A DNA stretch of 64,000 bases. Source: a virus. The position numbers were made by a program, and so were the translations under genes. Below the pieces are notes generated by a model. That model worked only from the letters and a program-made list of their open reading frames with translations. It was not told where the DNA came from and did no database searches. The DNA is taken from IMG/VR virus record IMGVR_UViG_3300027693_000002; one strand, 5' to 3'. Below are positions 9,465 through 19,028 of the stretch, piece after piece; within the stretch, counting starts at the first letter, position 1; the number at the start of each line of letters is the position of its first letter.

Positions 9465-10387
9465 ATTGTCTCTACCTTGATTCGCCCAAATCCAAACGCC
9501 AACTTGCCTCCCAATCCCATGCCGAGGGCGGCACATTCAAGCAGAAGCCTACCAAGCGCATTCACTTCAATGTCGATGCTTCCAGACCACCCACAAATGT
9601 CACCAAGCTTGCTGCCATTGCCAGATAGTCGAAGCTTGTCTAAGAAGGCTTTTGAGTCAAGCAATCTGACCTGAACGTCGTGTTTCTCAGTCTTTATTCC
9701 AAGCCTTCGTGCAACGTTTACCTCAAGAGTCCCTTTGATGTTGTTCGCAGTTGGAGCCATGTAATAAGTCCCTCCAGTTGCGCGACAACACACAGGTGTA
9801 ATAGTTGTGATTCGAAGTTTCCAAGCACCTGGCTTGATCTGTGGTGCTTTGACACGTACGAGCCATCCTAGAGCGAGTTCCTGCTCACGGTCATTGAAGT
9901 TGACCACGTGTGTACGCATGGCAATCGATCTGGCTAACTCAATATCTCGAATGTACGCGGCCCATCCGCACCCTATGTGCCACGGAAACAGTGTAAATAC
10001 TGGGTTGTTGGCTGAGTGAGGTCCAGTGATCGTACTCATCATTCCGTGAAGTGATGCAAGTTGCCAATGTTCGAACTTATACCCACACTCAATAGCAATC
10101 GGGACGCATCCGCCCGGTAGGTATTCGATCATTGGGGCTGGCATCTCCCATTCACCTCTACCAGTTTTTACTGACATGCGTCTACCCCTTCGAGCTACCC
10201 TGTGGTTGAGCTTATTTTCCGGATCGGAGTACCACTTTTGGCTGCGTTTCTTGGATTTTTCAATCTGTTCTGAACGATGCCAACGAGCGCGCTCCTTGCA
10301 CCTAGTACAGCAGTATTGTTGGTATGGATGTGTTGGTTCGAACTCTATCTCGCATGAGTCGAATGCGCATTTTCTTGTTGCTAGCAC
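9461..10387 (-). CDS. putative Cas6-like RAMP endoribonuclease (possible internal start near 10177)
   Basis: C-terminal glycine-rich loop AALGMGLGGKLAFGFGRIKVE matching Cas6 GhGxxxxxGhG; first gene of coupled operon. Confidence 0.45.
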   Translation of the reverse strand: MLATRKCAFDSCEIEFEPTHPYQQYCCTRCKERARWHRSEQIEKSKKRSQKWYSDPENKLNHRVARRGRRMSVKTGRGEWEMPAPMIEYLPGGCVPIAIECGYKFEHWQLASLHGMMSTITGPHSANNPVFTLFPWHIGCGWAAYIRDIELARSIAMRTHVVNFNDREQELALGWLVRVKAPQIKPGAWKLRITTITPVCCRATGGTYYMAPTANNIKGTLEVNVARRLGIKTEKHDVQVRLLDSKAFLDKLRLSGNGSKLGDICGWSGSIDIEVNALGRLLLECAALGMGLGGKLAFGFGRIKVETI

Positions 10388-10570
10388 TCACACCTCATTC
10401 GTCGCAGTACACTACACCAGAATCGTGTTTGAGTTTGGTGTAGTGAAGAAGCGTGGCGGGTGCCCAACTCATTAACGGAGACCTCTCAGAGGCTGCTAAC
10501 CGCCTTGAACGGACTGTGTCGGAGTCGAAGTGATGAGCGACGCTGAGCCACTTCGGGGTCATGCGCCCCC

Positions 10571-10873
10571 TCATCCTCGGCAGTCGGCTTGACTACCGAG
10601 GATGAGTCGATTATCCTCCCGCATAGAATCGATACTAGATTTTCCAGAAACCCAGAGGATGCCCTGAACGAAGCACAACCAACGAACAGCCTTTTCCGGA
10701 TTCGCTGGTATCATCTTCCGAATCTCCTCGCACATCCAAAAGCAGTGATCATAAGCGCAGAGGTTTCCTGGACAAGTGTTCAGAGAGGTATCCCACTTTC
10801 GAGGAGTAGCTCCTGCAAGCTGAAATATTGATCTGTATCTCTCCGATACTTTTAGGATTTGCGTTGTATCCAT
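10571..10873 (-). CDS. hypothetical protein
   Basis: ORF track 100 aa; competing +strand ORF 10589..10831. Confidence 0.25.
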   Translation of the reverse strand: MDTTQILKVSERYRSIFQLAGATPRKWDTSLNTCPGNLCAYDHCFWMCEEIRKMIPANPEKAVRWLCFVQGILWVSGKSSIDSMREDNRLILGSQADCRG

Positions 10874-11137
10874 AATTGGTGCTAGGGTGCTGCTGCGTGA
10901 CTGAAGGACCTAAATCAGTGCGAGGTAGCCTCTCCGGGGCATTACTCCCTTGGGCAAACGGGTCGCCGATCTACATTCAATCGACTACACCAGGTCGCTA
11001 CTACCTACCTTGCTTCAGTAACTTGAACGAGCTTCGACTATTCCTGTTGAGGGCGAAGGTCTTTCAATATGAGGTGAAGAGGATCATAGTGGGCAGTGAT
11101 TTCCTGGAGAGCTTTAAAGGGAGCAATATCACTGTAA

Positions 11138-11623
11138 TTATGAATCCACCTCAACAGGCTGATGGTCAATTGCAGATCGGAGAGTTTCGATTACCGGGGT
11201 CAGGTACGTGGAAGCTCTCTCAGTGCTGACCCCATCATCTGGTAAGTTTGGGTCCACCGCGAGCCAGATGGTATGCGGCTCCTCGTCATAGTCGGAGAGG
11301 ACCTGAATTGATCCCCAGATCTCTTGGTAGGTGCTGTCAATACTAGAGAGGATCTCTTGTCTGATTAGGTCTCCAGCGTACTTCTTCAGGAGTTCCATGC
11401 TTCTGACATTTACCCACACCTTTTCAGTATCCCTAGGGATAGCCGCTAGGAGCTCATTGACAACCTGAGGTCGGAGGCTCTGAAGGATAGCTTCCAGCTC
11501 CTTCACTTTACGCCACAGAAGGACTTCCTCTCGGGAGGCTTCGTGCTCTTCGCAGTGCGAATGGTAGTAGGATCGGTTGATGTAGCTCTCATTTTCACTG
11601 AGAACGAAGTCTAGGAGTGCCAT
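11138..11623 (-). CDS. hypothetical protein
   Basis: ORF track 161 aa. Confidence 0.4.
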   Translation of the reverse strand: MALLDFVLSENESYINRSYYHSHCEEHEASREEVLLWRKVKELEAILQSLRPQVVNELLAAIPRDTEKVWVNVRSMELLKKYAGDLIRQEILSSIDSTYQEIWGSIQVLSDYDEEPHTIWLAVDPNLPDDGVSTERASTYLTPVIETLRSAIDHQPVEVDS

Positions 11624-11710
11624 TCAGATGGGCTACACCGAGGATGCGCCTGGTCACGATTGGGTACAAGGTAGGAGATTTCACCACTCGACAATTTCTG
11701 TTGAATTTTC

Positions 11711-12775
11711 TTGCATCTATGCGTAATAACACGGGGCATGACTACCCACCCTATGCGCTGGATAGCGGGAACGGGGCAGATCATACCAGTTTTCATCATA
11801 AAAGCTGGTACTGAAGGGCATTCGCCGACGAATGCCCCTCCTGATCCTGTGACCGTACGTTCAGTTGAAGACCATTACGAATTCGTGGCCAGCGAGAGCT
11901 GCTTGTTCACGGACCGCAGGCTGGCAATCGTTGAAGCGAGGCGGTTGCAAGAGAAAGAAAGGAGGGCAACCGCTATAGCCGTGATTGAACATAAGAAACT
12001 GCTTAATGGGACAGGGCTAACCCCGACGAGCCCCGCCACCTCAGTAAGTAGTTCCGATACTCGGGCACCTGTGGTAGAGGTGTCAGTATCGGTGGAGGAG
12101 GAAGTTGTGATGTCGGAAGATGAAAAACCTCAAAAGTTACTCGATAGGGTAATCTATGTCATTGGAACTGAGACTCTCAGCGTCGGCGAGATTTGCACTA
12201 GGCTGGAGAAGAGATGTTGGATGCCCAAGCGAAGGAGTTCAGTAAGTAATATACTTTCGGCACACAAGAATCGGTTCATCTGCCCCGTGAGGGGCAGGTA
12301 CTCTCTAGCAACCAAAGCGAAGATTAGCCCAATCCTCGGAGATGACCCCTCAAATGATACCCTAGATCTTGGAGAAGCTCTTCAAGCTATGAGCGACGAG
12401 TCTGATGAGGATGAGGGGAAGAATGATGAGTCTGAGAACGATGATGACGAGGAGGGTGACGAGTCCGATGACGATGATGAGGACGATGCTGATCTCGCTA
12501 AGAGCAAAGCCAAAGTACAGTCAGAGTTCTCGACATGGATGAACCAACCCATGCACTCGGTAAACCCAACTCATTGCCACTACCAGAACGAGGATGTTGT
12601 TCTTTCCGAGAAGCAAACAGGTGGGAAGTGGCACACCGAAATCTTCGTGCACGGTCTTGAACTGTGGTGCGAGGGTAACGATGAGGATCGATCCGTGGCC
12701 CGAATGGCTGCCGAAGATCAGCTCCGGTCCAAGGTCCAGAAGATTAGCCGAATCGTCGACACTTTGGGTTGTTGA
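11711..12775 (+). CDS. hypothetical protein with strongly acidic D/E-rich segment
   Basis: 354 aa; SDESDEDEGKNDESENDDDEEGDESDDDDEDD tract; followed by strong terminator. Confidence 0.5.
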   Translation: MHLCVITRGMTTHPMRWIAGTGQIIPVFIIKAGTEGHSPTNAPPDPVTVRSVEDHYEFVASESCLFTDRRLAIVEARRLQEKERRATAIAVIEHKKLLNGTGLTPTSPATSVSSSDTRAPVVEVSVSVEEEVVMSEDEKPQKLLDRVIYVIGTETLSVGEICTRLEKRCWMPKRRSSVSNILSAHKNRFICPVRGRYSLATKAKISPILGDDPSNDTLDLGEALQAMSDESDEDEGKNDESENDDDEEGDESDDDDEDDADLAKSKAKVQSEFSTWMNQPMHSVNPTHCHYQNEDVVLSEKQTGGKWHTEIFVHGLELWCEGNDEDRSVARMAAEDQLRSKVQKISRIVDTLGC

Positions 12776-12838
12776 CCAAAAAAAGCAAAAAGCCCATCCA
12801 GTCCCACAGAGCGGAGCTGGATGGGCTTTTTGCTTTTT
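12771..12838. terminator. bidirectional rho-independent terminator
   Basis: 17-bp stem GCAAAAAGCCCATCCAG / CTGGATGGGCTTTTTGC flanked by A7 upstream and T6 downstream. Confidence 0.7.
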
Positions 12839-13338
12839 TAGGCTGTCGTGGCATCGGCAAGACCCGCAAACCACGCTTGGTGTCTGACAGGGTGAGTTCA
12901 TTGCGGTAGGTGTGCTTGGCCAAGTTAGTCCTAGAACCAATGGACTCCAATCATCCTTGGGGGAGCGTATTCGCTTGCCCGTCTCGAAGCCCTCGATTGC
13001 TTTGACTGCGTAGGTACTCTGCCGTCGCTTGAAACCCAATTCTTCCGAGATTAGACGCACTAGCATCGCCGAGTCCAAGGATTCTCAGTCAGTAGGCCCC
13101 AACGAACTACCCTTAAGTCCGCCTTACTAGCTTCATTTCTTAGCTCTATCATACAGTTATCATCTACTACCTTGGTCGAAATGCCTCATTTTATATACAG
13201 ATCCCTCACGGGCCTTATGGCTGAAGTTACAGGTTTTGACGATAGTCAAGCTCTGCACGTACTTTTCAGGTTGTACCTCGATCTACTTTGATCCACTATT
13301 GATGGCCACAGCCTAAATGGCTAGAAAGTAATAAGCAC

Positions 13339-13836
13339 ATGGGAGAAAGATTCAACAAATCAGAGTTCATCCGCAGGTTTCCCAACCTCAAGCCTGCAGA
13401 AGTCGTCGAGGAAGCGGCTAAACTGGGGGAAGAAATAAGTCCAGGAACGATCTGGACTCTCCGAAGTGCGGACAAGCGCAAGGCGGAGGGGAAGGTTGGC
13501 AAGGCTGCCAAGAAGACCGCCAAGGCTGCCAAGAAAGTTGAGGGGAACCCCCTCAATAAGTCTGCGTTTATTCGAAAGTATCCCAAGCTCTCGGCTGCGC
13601 AGATCGTCGAGAAGGCAGCTGCACTTGGAGCCGTAATTACCCCGAATACGATTTACACTCTCCGGAGTGCTGACAAGAAGGCGGAGGGGAAGTCCGCCAA
13701 GAAGCCTGCTATTGATGGCGGTTCAAAATCCGTACAACCCCCGGTGCCAATCACCGGACGCGCCTCGATTGCCTTCGATCCCTCGGACCCCGAGGCTCGA
13801 CGGTTTATCGCTCGGGCTTTGGCTGCTCGGACCTAG
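13339..13836 (+). CDS. Lys/Ala-rich basic protein with internal ~40-aa duplication (histone H1/HU-like tail)
   Basis: duplicated segment FIRRFPNLKPAEVVEEAAKLGEEISPGTIWTLRSADK / FIRKYPKLSAAQIVEKAAALGAVITPNTIYTLRSADK; KAAKK repeats. Confidence 0.5.
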   Translation: MGERFNKSEFIRRFPNLKPAEVVEEAAKLGEEISPGTIWTLRSADKRKAEGKVGKAAKKTAKAAKKVEGNPLNKSAFIRKYPKLSAAQIVEKAAALGAVITPNTIYTLRSADKKAEGKSAKKPAIDGGSKSVQPPVPITGRASIAFDPSDPEARRFIARALAART

Positions 13837-13940
13837 GTCTGACTCCTAGCCTCCGATTCCATGTAGTTTGGAGGCGGGATCCTGAAAAACCTATCGAGCA
13901 AATGGAGCTGGAGGAGCTGGGGGCTCCTCCGAGGGTCGCA

Positions 13941-15440
13941 GCAGTTGACTCCAAACCTGATCAAAGTTGATCGACCCTATTCAAACTTGAATTTCGATAA
14001 CTTTTTCTGAACTTGGTGTAAGATACCCATTCTTCATGGAACTTCGGAAGGCGTATAAGTTCGAGTTAGATCCGAACAATCGGGTTCGGACGTTCTTGGC
14101 GAAGCATGCCGGAACGGCTCGCTTCGCTTGGAATTGGTCCCTCCAAAGGAGGATCGAACGCTTCCGAACCCAAGAAGGTAAGGAGAAGTTCACCAACGCC
14201 ATCGCTGAACATCGGGACCTCAACGCCCGCAAGGGCCCTGACTTCCCTTGGATGTACGAGGTTTCCAAGTGTGCCCCTCAGGAAGCTCTTCGTGATCTTG
14301 ACAAAGCTTTCAAAGCTTTCTGGTCCAGAAGATCAGAAGGAGTTGGCTTCCCAAAGTTCAAAAAGAAGCATAAATCAAAGGATTCCTTCCGTCTCTATGG
14401 TTCAATTGAGCCACAAACTAGGTATATTAAGCTCCCTAGGCTTGGGACTATTCGAACCAAAGAGAAGATCAACGGCAGGATTAGTGGGGAGATCCTTTCA
14501 GCTACGATTTCGAGGGTAGCAGATCGATGGTTCGTATCCGTCAATACCGTTGAGGTCGTGACGGATCCTATTCCTATCCAAGGACCAAAAGCTGGGGTAG
14601 ATCTAGGGATTCTTACTTTCGCTACGGTCTCTTCGGACGGGGCCTGTACGAAGATACATGCCCCGAATCCATTGAAACAAGCGTTAAGTCGGTTAAGAAG
14701 GGCTCAACGCTCTCATTCGAGGAAGCGTAAGGGTTCGTCAAATAGGAGGAAATCAGCTCAAAGATTAGCGAGGATTCACTCACGAGTAGCAAACGTTCGA
14801 AGGGATTTCCTTCATAAGTTCACAACGGGGCTGGCGAAAACCAAGTCAGCCATCGTTGTGGAAGACCTTGGTATTCGTGGAATGAGTAAGAATCCTCACC
14901 TTTCTCGGTCGATCTTGGACCAAGGGTGGTTTGAAAGTAAGAGGCTACTTTCCTACAAGACCACTTGGTATGGATCTAAGCTAGAAGTAGCTGATCGATG
15001 GTTCCCATCCTCGAAGATATGTACCAGCTGCGGCCTTAAACGGCCGCAGCTGGCTCTTTCTGTGAGAGAGTGGGTTTGTGAAGGATGTGGAGCTATTCAT
15101 GATCGAGATGAGAATGCGGCGAAGAATTTGGAAAGGTACTCGGAGTTCCCGAGGAACCTAGGCGCCTTCGGCGCTAAAAAGCCTGTGGAGAGTCCTCTAG
15201 CGGCGGAACGAAGGAGAACCCTTCGGCCTACGAGTCATGTCTCGTTGAAGCAGGAAGTGAACATCGGAGTTCTCCTATGAGCAACTTTGAATAAGTTTCA
15301 CAGAACGGTCTTTTGGAAGGCTATACTCAATTTAGTTGAGATTCAGACAAGCTCGCGCGTAAGAGTGGTTGAAGCGGTTCACAGTTCGTCACTGGAGTCA
15401 AGGCGTGCGATAGTTCTTATCGAGGTTCAAGGGTATGACC
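13941..15440 (+). mobile_element. IS200/IS605-family tnpB-only element (IS1341-like); ends not defined
   Basis: TnpB ORF with no tnpA; conserved 37-bp motif 95 nt upstream of tnpB start that recurs at 40049 and 61677; right end/omega-RNA region guessed. Confidence 0.3.
14036..15280 (+). CDS. tnpB: IS200/IS605-family TnpB (OrfB) RNA-guided endonuclease
   Basis: 414 aa; RuvC-I (GVDLGILTFATVS), RuvC-II (IVVEDLGIRGMSKN), zinc finger CTSCG...CEGCG, RuvC-III HDRDENAAKNL. Confidence 0.9.
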   Translation: MELRKAYKFELDPNNRVRTFLAKHAGTARFAWNWSLQRRIERFRTQEGKEKFTNAIAEHRDLNARKGPDFPWMYEVSKCAPQEALRDLDKAFKAFWSRRSEGVGFPKFKKKHKSKDSFRLYGSIEPQTRYIKLPRLGTIRTKEKINGRISGEILSATISRVADRWFVSVNTVEVVTDPIPIQGPKAGVDLGILTFATVSSDGACTKIHAPNPLKQALSRLRRAQRSHSRKRKGSSNRRKSAQRLARIHSRVANVRRDFLHKFTTGLAKTKSAIVVEDLGIRGMSKNPHLSRSILDQGWFESKRLLSYKTTWYGSKLEVADRWFPSSKICTSCGLKRPQLALSVREWVCEGCGAIHDRDENAAKNLERYSEFPRNLGAFGAKKPVESPLAAERRRTLRPTSHVSLKQEVNIGVLL

Positions 15441-15890
15441 CAAGATCTAACCAAGAGAGTTGCCACAAGATTCGCTGCTGAGAGTGGAGGATCCGAAGAG
15501 TTCATCAAGATGGTTGAGTCCCATCTCAATCTTCAGGGCCGCCAGATTAAATTCGACAACGTGAGTAAACTCGCTGGAGTCCGATACGACACGGTGTTTG
15601 TCAATTTCATCAATCTGCCCAAAGGTGTGGGGAGTGCCGGCGGAGGAGCAGAAGCCGAGAACAACCGCATGGCCTTCTCGATCAAAGGCTTCGGAAAGGA
15701 GACTCCACACAGCCCCCCACCAACAGGTAAGGTCCAGGTCGAGCATAGGTTATCGGCTATGCCCCGAGAGTATCGACTCCGAGGGAAAACTGGTACTCCG
15801 GCTCAGGTAGCAAAGCATTTGGCTGACTTTTTGAACAAGGTGGTCAAAGAAGTTGAACCCAGGTACACTCACACCAAGCCCATCTCTTAG
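15435..15890 (+). CDS. hypothetical protein
   Basis: ORF track 151 aa. Confidence 0.35.
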   Translation: MTQDLTKRVATRFAAESGGSEEFIKMVESHLNLQGRQIKFDNVSKLAGVRYDTVFVNFINLPKGVGSAGGGAEAENNRMAFSIKGFGKETPHSPPPTGKVQVEHRLSAMPREYRLRGKTGTPAQVAKHLADFLNKVVKEVEPRYTHTKPIS

Positions 15891-16219
15891 ATCACGGGCT
15901 TTCGCTCGACCTCTTGTTGATCGTTTCGGGGACTTCTTGTGTAGATCTTGTTTCTGTCCAAGTGAGCGTAGATAAAGGCGCTCATGCGTTTCCACTCGGA
16001 TTTGTCGTAGTTCTCAGTCCCTACGGCCTTCGTCCACAAGGTATGGAGAAGGTAGTGGATTGCTTGGTCTGATTCCATGTAGGTAGGTGTACTCTGTCTT
16101 ACTATCTTGGTCAAGAGGTAGATAACATAGGGGTACAAGTGGGCTACCATTACGATCCTAAGGGGAGTCACCAAAGCCTGGTGTAGTTGCCTCGATGGGT
16201 TATTCAATATCCGTTCCAA
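15887..16219 (-). CDS. hypothetical protein ending in VERKPVI
   Basis: ORF track 110 aa; C-terminal motif shared with other ORFs. Confidence 0.4.
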   Translation of the reverse strand: MERILNNPSRQLHQALVTPLRIVMVAHLYPYVIYLLTKIVRQSTPTYMESDQAIHYLLHTLWTKAVGTENYDKSEWKRMSAFIYAHLDRNKIYTRSPRNDQQEVERKPVI

Positions 16220-16914
16220 TTGGGGATAAGAAACTCAGGATGAAGTTCTTCTGTTTCATGGAGGAGAACTTCTTGTCTTGGGACAAGGTGTCAGGAAAGA
16301 ATCCTGACGAATGGCACGGATCGGCAAGTCCCCCCACCGACGACATCTTCAAACGTCCGACTTCCATTGGATTTGATTACCAATCGGGGATGTTCGGATT
16401 CGAACGAGACTACATCTACAGTGTTACTCGTTGGATTGCGATTAAGGTTGGGGACCGAGAGAGTAGGATGTCAACTGATATCAGCTCAGAGTTGGTTCTC
16501 TTTCAAGAGGCGGTCCCCTACTACAACTATGACTGTGATGCTCACAACATTCCTGTACTAGTAGTCACTGAAGAACAGGAGGCGTCCCTCAGTAAGAGAC
16601 GTCGTCATTGGGCTGTGGATCCATGGGGTGTTCGAATCGGCCCTTCCTCTGTGGACCATCAAGGGGATGTTTTGTTTTGGGTGTATGGTCCTGATCGGGA
16701 CAAGATCCTAGAAGAGGTGAGTGCCTTCGGGAAGAGGCCCATGGATGATGAGGATGCCCAAGAGGTCTGGCTCAGTAAGAGACGCGAAGTGTACCTCAAG
16801 TACTTGAAGCCCGAGATCGATGAGAATGTATCCCTTATCAGGCGAGAGATCCAAAGGTTGGATGGCTTGTGGAATGAGAGCTCTCGCCCGCTAATACAAC
16901 GCAGTGAGCGATGA
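16195..16914 (+). CDS. hypothetical protein
   Basis: ORF track 239 aa. Confidence 0.45.
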   Translation: MGYSISVPIGDKKLRMKFFCFMEENFLSWDKVSGKNPDEWHGSASPPTDDIFKRPTSIGFDYQSGMFGFERDYIYSVTRWIAIKVGDRESRMSTDISSELVLFQEAVPYYNYDCDAHNIPVLVVTEEQEASLSKRRRHWAVDPWGVRIGPSSVDHQGDVLFWVYGPDRDKILEEVSAFGKRPMDDEDAQEVWLSKRREVYLKYLKPEIDENVSLIRREIQRLDGLWNESSRPLIQRSER

Positions 16915-17041
16915 TTAGCCCCTACCAAACCGAGCGATCCCACGATGTTCAGCCCCCAGCTCCAAGCAGCGGTAGGCATTGCTAAACGGTATACTTTCTC
17001 ATTGAGTTCCCCAGATCTCGTGCGTAATAGGGTTTCGTCAT

Positions 17042-17413
17042 ATGCCAAAGCAAGCTACTAAGCAACCAAAGTACACCACCTCGGATGGCGCGGTTCTTGC
17101 TCTCTTTGAAACGAGGCATGCATATGCCATCGGATGGTACTATCCTCAAGCAGAGGAAGGATCGGATCCGGCCGATGCCCCCTTGGGGGATTTTAAAACC
17201 TACGATCGCGATTTCACGATAGCACAGAAGGCTGTTAGGTCCTACGCGATTGACCCGAAAGAGGATGTCTTCGAGTTCAACTCGAAGAAACGCGCTCAGC
17301 AAGCGCTAGATGCTGCCAACGTTGCATTGCTGGGAGTTGAACGTCCATGGCCTGATTGGGCCGTGAAAGCTAAGGATGCTGGTTTCCAACCACCTGCTGG
17401 TTGGAAACCATAA
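17042..17413 (+). CDS. hypothetical protein
   Basis: ORF track 123 aa. Confidence 0.4.
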   Translation: MPKQATKQPKYTTSDGAVLALFETRHAYAIGWYYPQAEEGSDPADAPLGDFKTYDRDFTIAQKAVRSYAIDPKEDVFEFNSKKRAQQALDAANVALLGVERPWPDWAVKAKDAGFQPPAGWKP

Positions 17414-17434
17414 CGCCAGCCTGGGTCATAGGAT

Positions 17435-17674
17435 TCAACCGGAAGCAGCCTTCTTGGCTCGAACTTGACTCAAGTAACAAGTATCGCCTTTTTGGATGAT
17501 GTTGTACCCTTCGGAGTTCCCATCTCCAAGGTCATGTGGACCTTTGCCGTATTTCTCGAGTAGTTCTTTGCAGATACTAGAGAGCTTTCGCTTCTGAATC
17601 TCTTGGGCCTTCTCAACCATGACTTGACGACCCTTCTCGAACTTGTAGCTTGCGATCAGCTCAGCCTTATCCAT
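17435..17674 (-). CDS. hypothetical small protein
   Basis: ORF track 79 aa. Confidence 0.3.
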   Translation of the reverse strand: MDKAELIASYKFEKGRQVMVEKAQEIQKRKLSSICKELLEKYGKGPHDLGDGNSEGYNIIQKGDTCYLSQVRAKKAASG

Positions 17675-17942
17675 GTGGGTCTTTACACCGGAAGTTGATT
17701 GGGGTAAACCATCAAGATCATGCCAAAAGTGACCCTGGCCCTTTTACCGGCCCGGTAGACAACCCATCTTGCGGGTCCTCGTCGGAACGAAGTCCCTAAT
17801 CCGGGACGCACAACGAACGATTGTAACGAGTTTTTCGAGCAGTAATCGAGCCTCGTAGCTGAAAGCCCCTAAAAACTCAACCACCTCATTCTGCTTGACC
17901 CAGCACCGCCGATAAATCCACGTTCTTTTTAGCATTTCTTCC

Positions 17943-18518
17943 TTGTCATGGGCCAAAAAGCTCGTGTACCCTCTCGCACAGTCAAATGCCATAACCTACG
18001 TTGCTTCGGGGATTTGGCATCTCGAGGGGTTTCTTTTGGCAATTCGTCGCAATTCGGTACTCAACTTGGTTGGTAGTCCAGAGAGTGCTGAGATCATGAT
18101 GGCACTTTTGGCCTCAACTAAGGACAAGGGTGAGGGTAGAATCAAATGCACCGTTACCAAACACAGGTTGGCTAAAACCGCGATAGTTATAGGCATTCAA
18201 ATACTCAAGAGGAAGCCCCAGAGTACACTTAAGCAGCTAATCGAGAAGTGGGCGCCCCGAAAGGTGAGGGGTCGAATCTGTTCCAACTTCGTCCTGGTGC
18301 TCGAGTGTACTTCCACGCAGGGGTTGCTCGAGGGGGTTGACTACGTGTGGAGGCAGACCTTTGGGGCCGTCAGCCATCGTCGAGTGATGACTGCGGCTCT
18401 TTGCATAGGGATCGAAACGCTGAATAAAGTTGACCACACCAAGATGCGTCAGCTAGTGTCCAAAGTATGCCCAGTGTCGAAGAAGTACTGGGATCCTGAG
18501 GTAAACCAATGGCTCTAA
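17943..18518 (+). CDS. hypothetical protein
   Basis: ORF track 191 aa. Confidence 0.4.
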   Translation: MSWAKKLVYPLAQSNAITYVASGIWHLEGFLLAIRRNSVLNLVGSPESAEIMMALLASTKDKGEGRIKCTVTKHRLAKTAIVIGIQILKRKPQSTLKQLIEKWAPRKVRGRICSNFVLVLECTSTQGLLEGVDYVWRQTFGAVSHRRVMTAALCIGIETLNKVDHTKMRQLVSKVCPVSKKYWDPEVNQWL

Positions 18519-18733
18519 GTTCCAAGCAGATAGGTTGCATAGCTCTGGTCGTAGCAGCGATCTTGTGGTCAACTTCGTTGCTTCTTTGGGTTGGGCACCG
18601 GCAGAGAACGACTTGGAATCAACCCACGTACTTTCGAGATCCGCGAGCCCCAAAGATTTGCATGGGCCTATGGAATCAATCGGCCTTCCAAGTCTCCTGC
18701 GAGAACATTCCCCCCGAGCTACTGAAAAAGTAA
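18509..18733 (+). CDS. small membrane protein
   Basis: 74 aa, hydrophobic IALVVAAILWSTSLLLWV segment; overlaps previous stop. Confidence 0.3.
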   Translation: MALSSKQIGCIALVVAAILWSTSLLLWVGHRQRTTWNQPTYFRDPRAPKICMGLWNQSAFQVSCENIPPELLKK

Positions 18734-18736
18734 CGA

Positions 18737-18979
18737 ATGAAACGCCTAAAACGATTGAAGCCCGCTGAGGAGATCTCAGCCAAGCTCAATAGAAAGCTCC
18801 TCCTTCCAACGGTCATCGACCTGATCCATATGGCACGCACCATTGACCACGCTACCGAGAATTGGACTCTGGGTAACACTGAGGCTTGGATTGACTTCCG
18901 GATTAAGGTTGAGGCTTGGCTCGCGAACGCCCCCAAGGTGCCCAAGAGAGTGGTTGAGAAATCCAAGCCTGCCGCGTAA
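18737..18979 (+). CDS. hypothetical small protein
   Basis: ORF track 80 aa. Confidence 0.3.
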   Translation: MKRLKRLKPAEEISAKLNRKLLLPTVIDLIHMARTIDHATENWTLGNTEAWIDFRIKVEAWLANAPKVPKRVVEKSKPAA

Positions 18980-19028
18980 TACCCAGTATGACAAAGACGT
19001 ACTCTCTCATCCTGATAGGTGAGTCCCC

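Noticed and set aside
10388-10900. Searched for a CRISPR array adjacent to the Cascade-like operon
   Set aside because: No direct repeats found. There is only a 10-bp-stem hairpin (CACTACACCA...TGGTGTAGTG, ~10411-10446) and a 9-bp palindrome near 10570. The only array in the window is the unrelated one at 58.7 kb.
10320-16410. tRNA-like GGTTCGAA / GATTCGAAC T-loop-like strings (near 10328 and 16396)
   Set aside because: Both are inside coding regions and lack acceptor or anticodon stems. No convincing tRNA or rRNA was found by eye. A tRNAscan-SE run would be needed to be sure.
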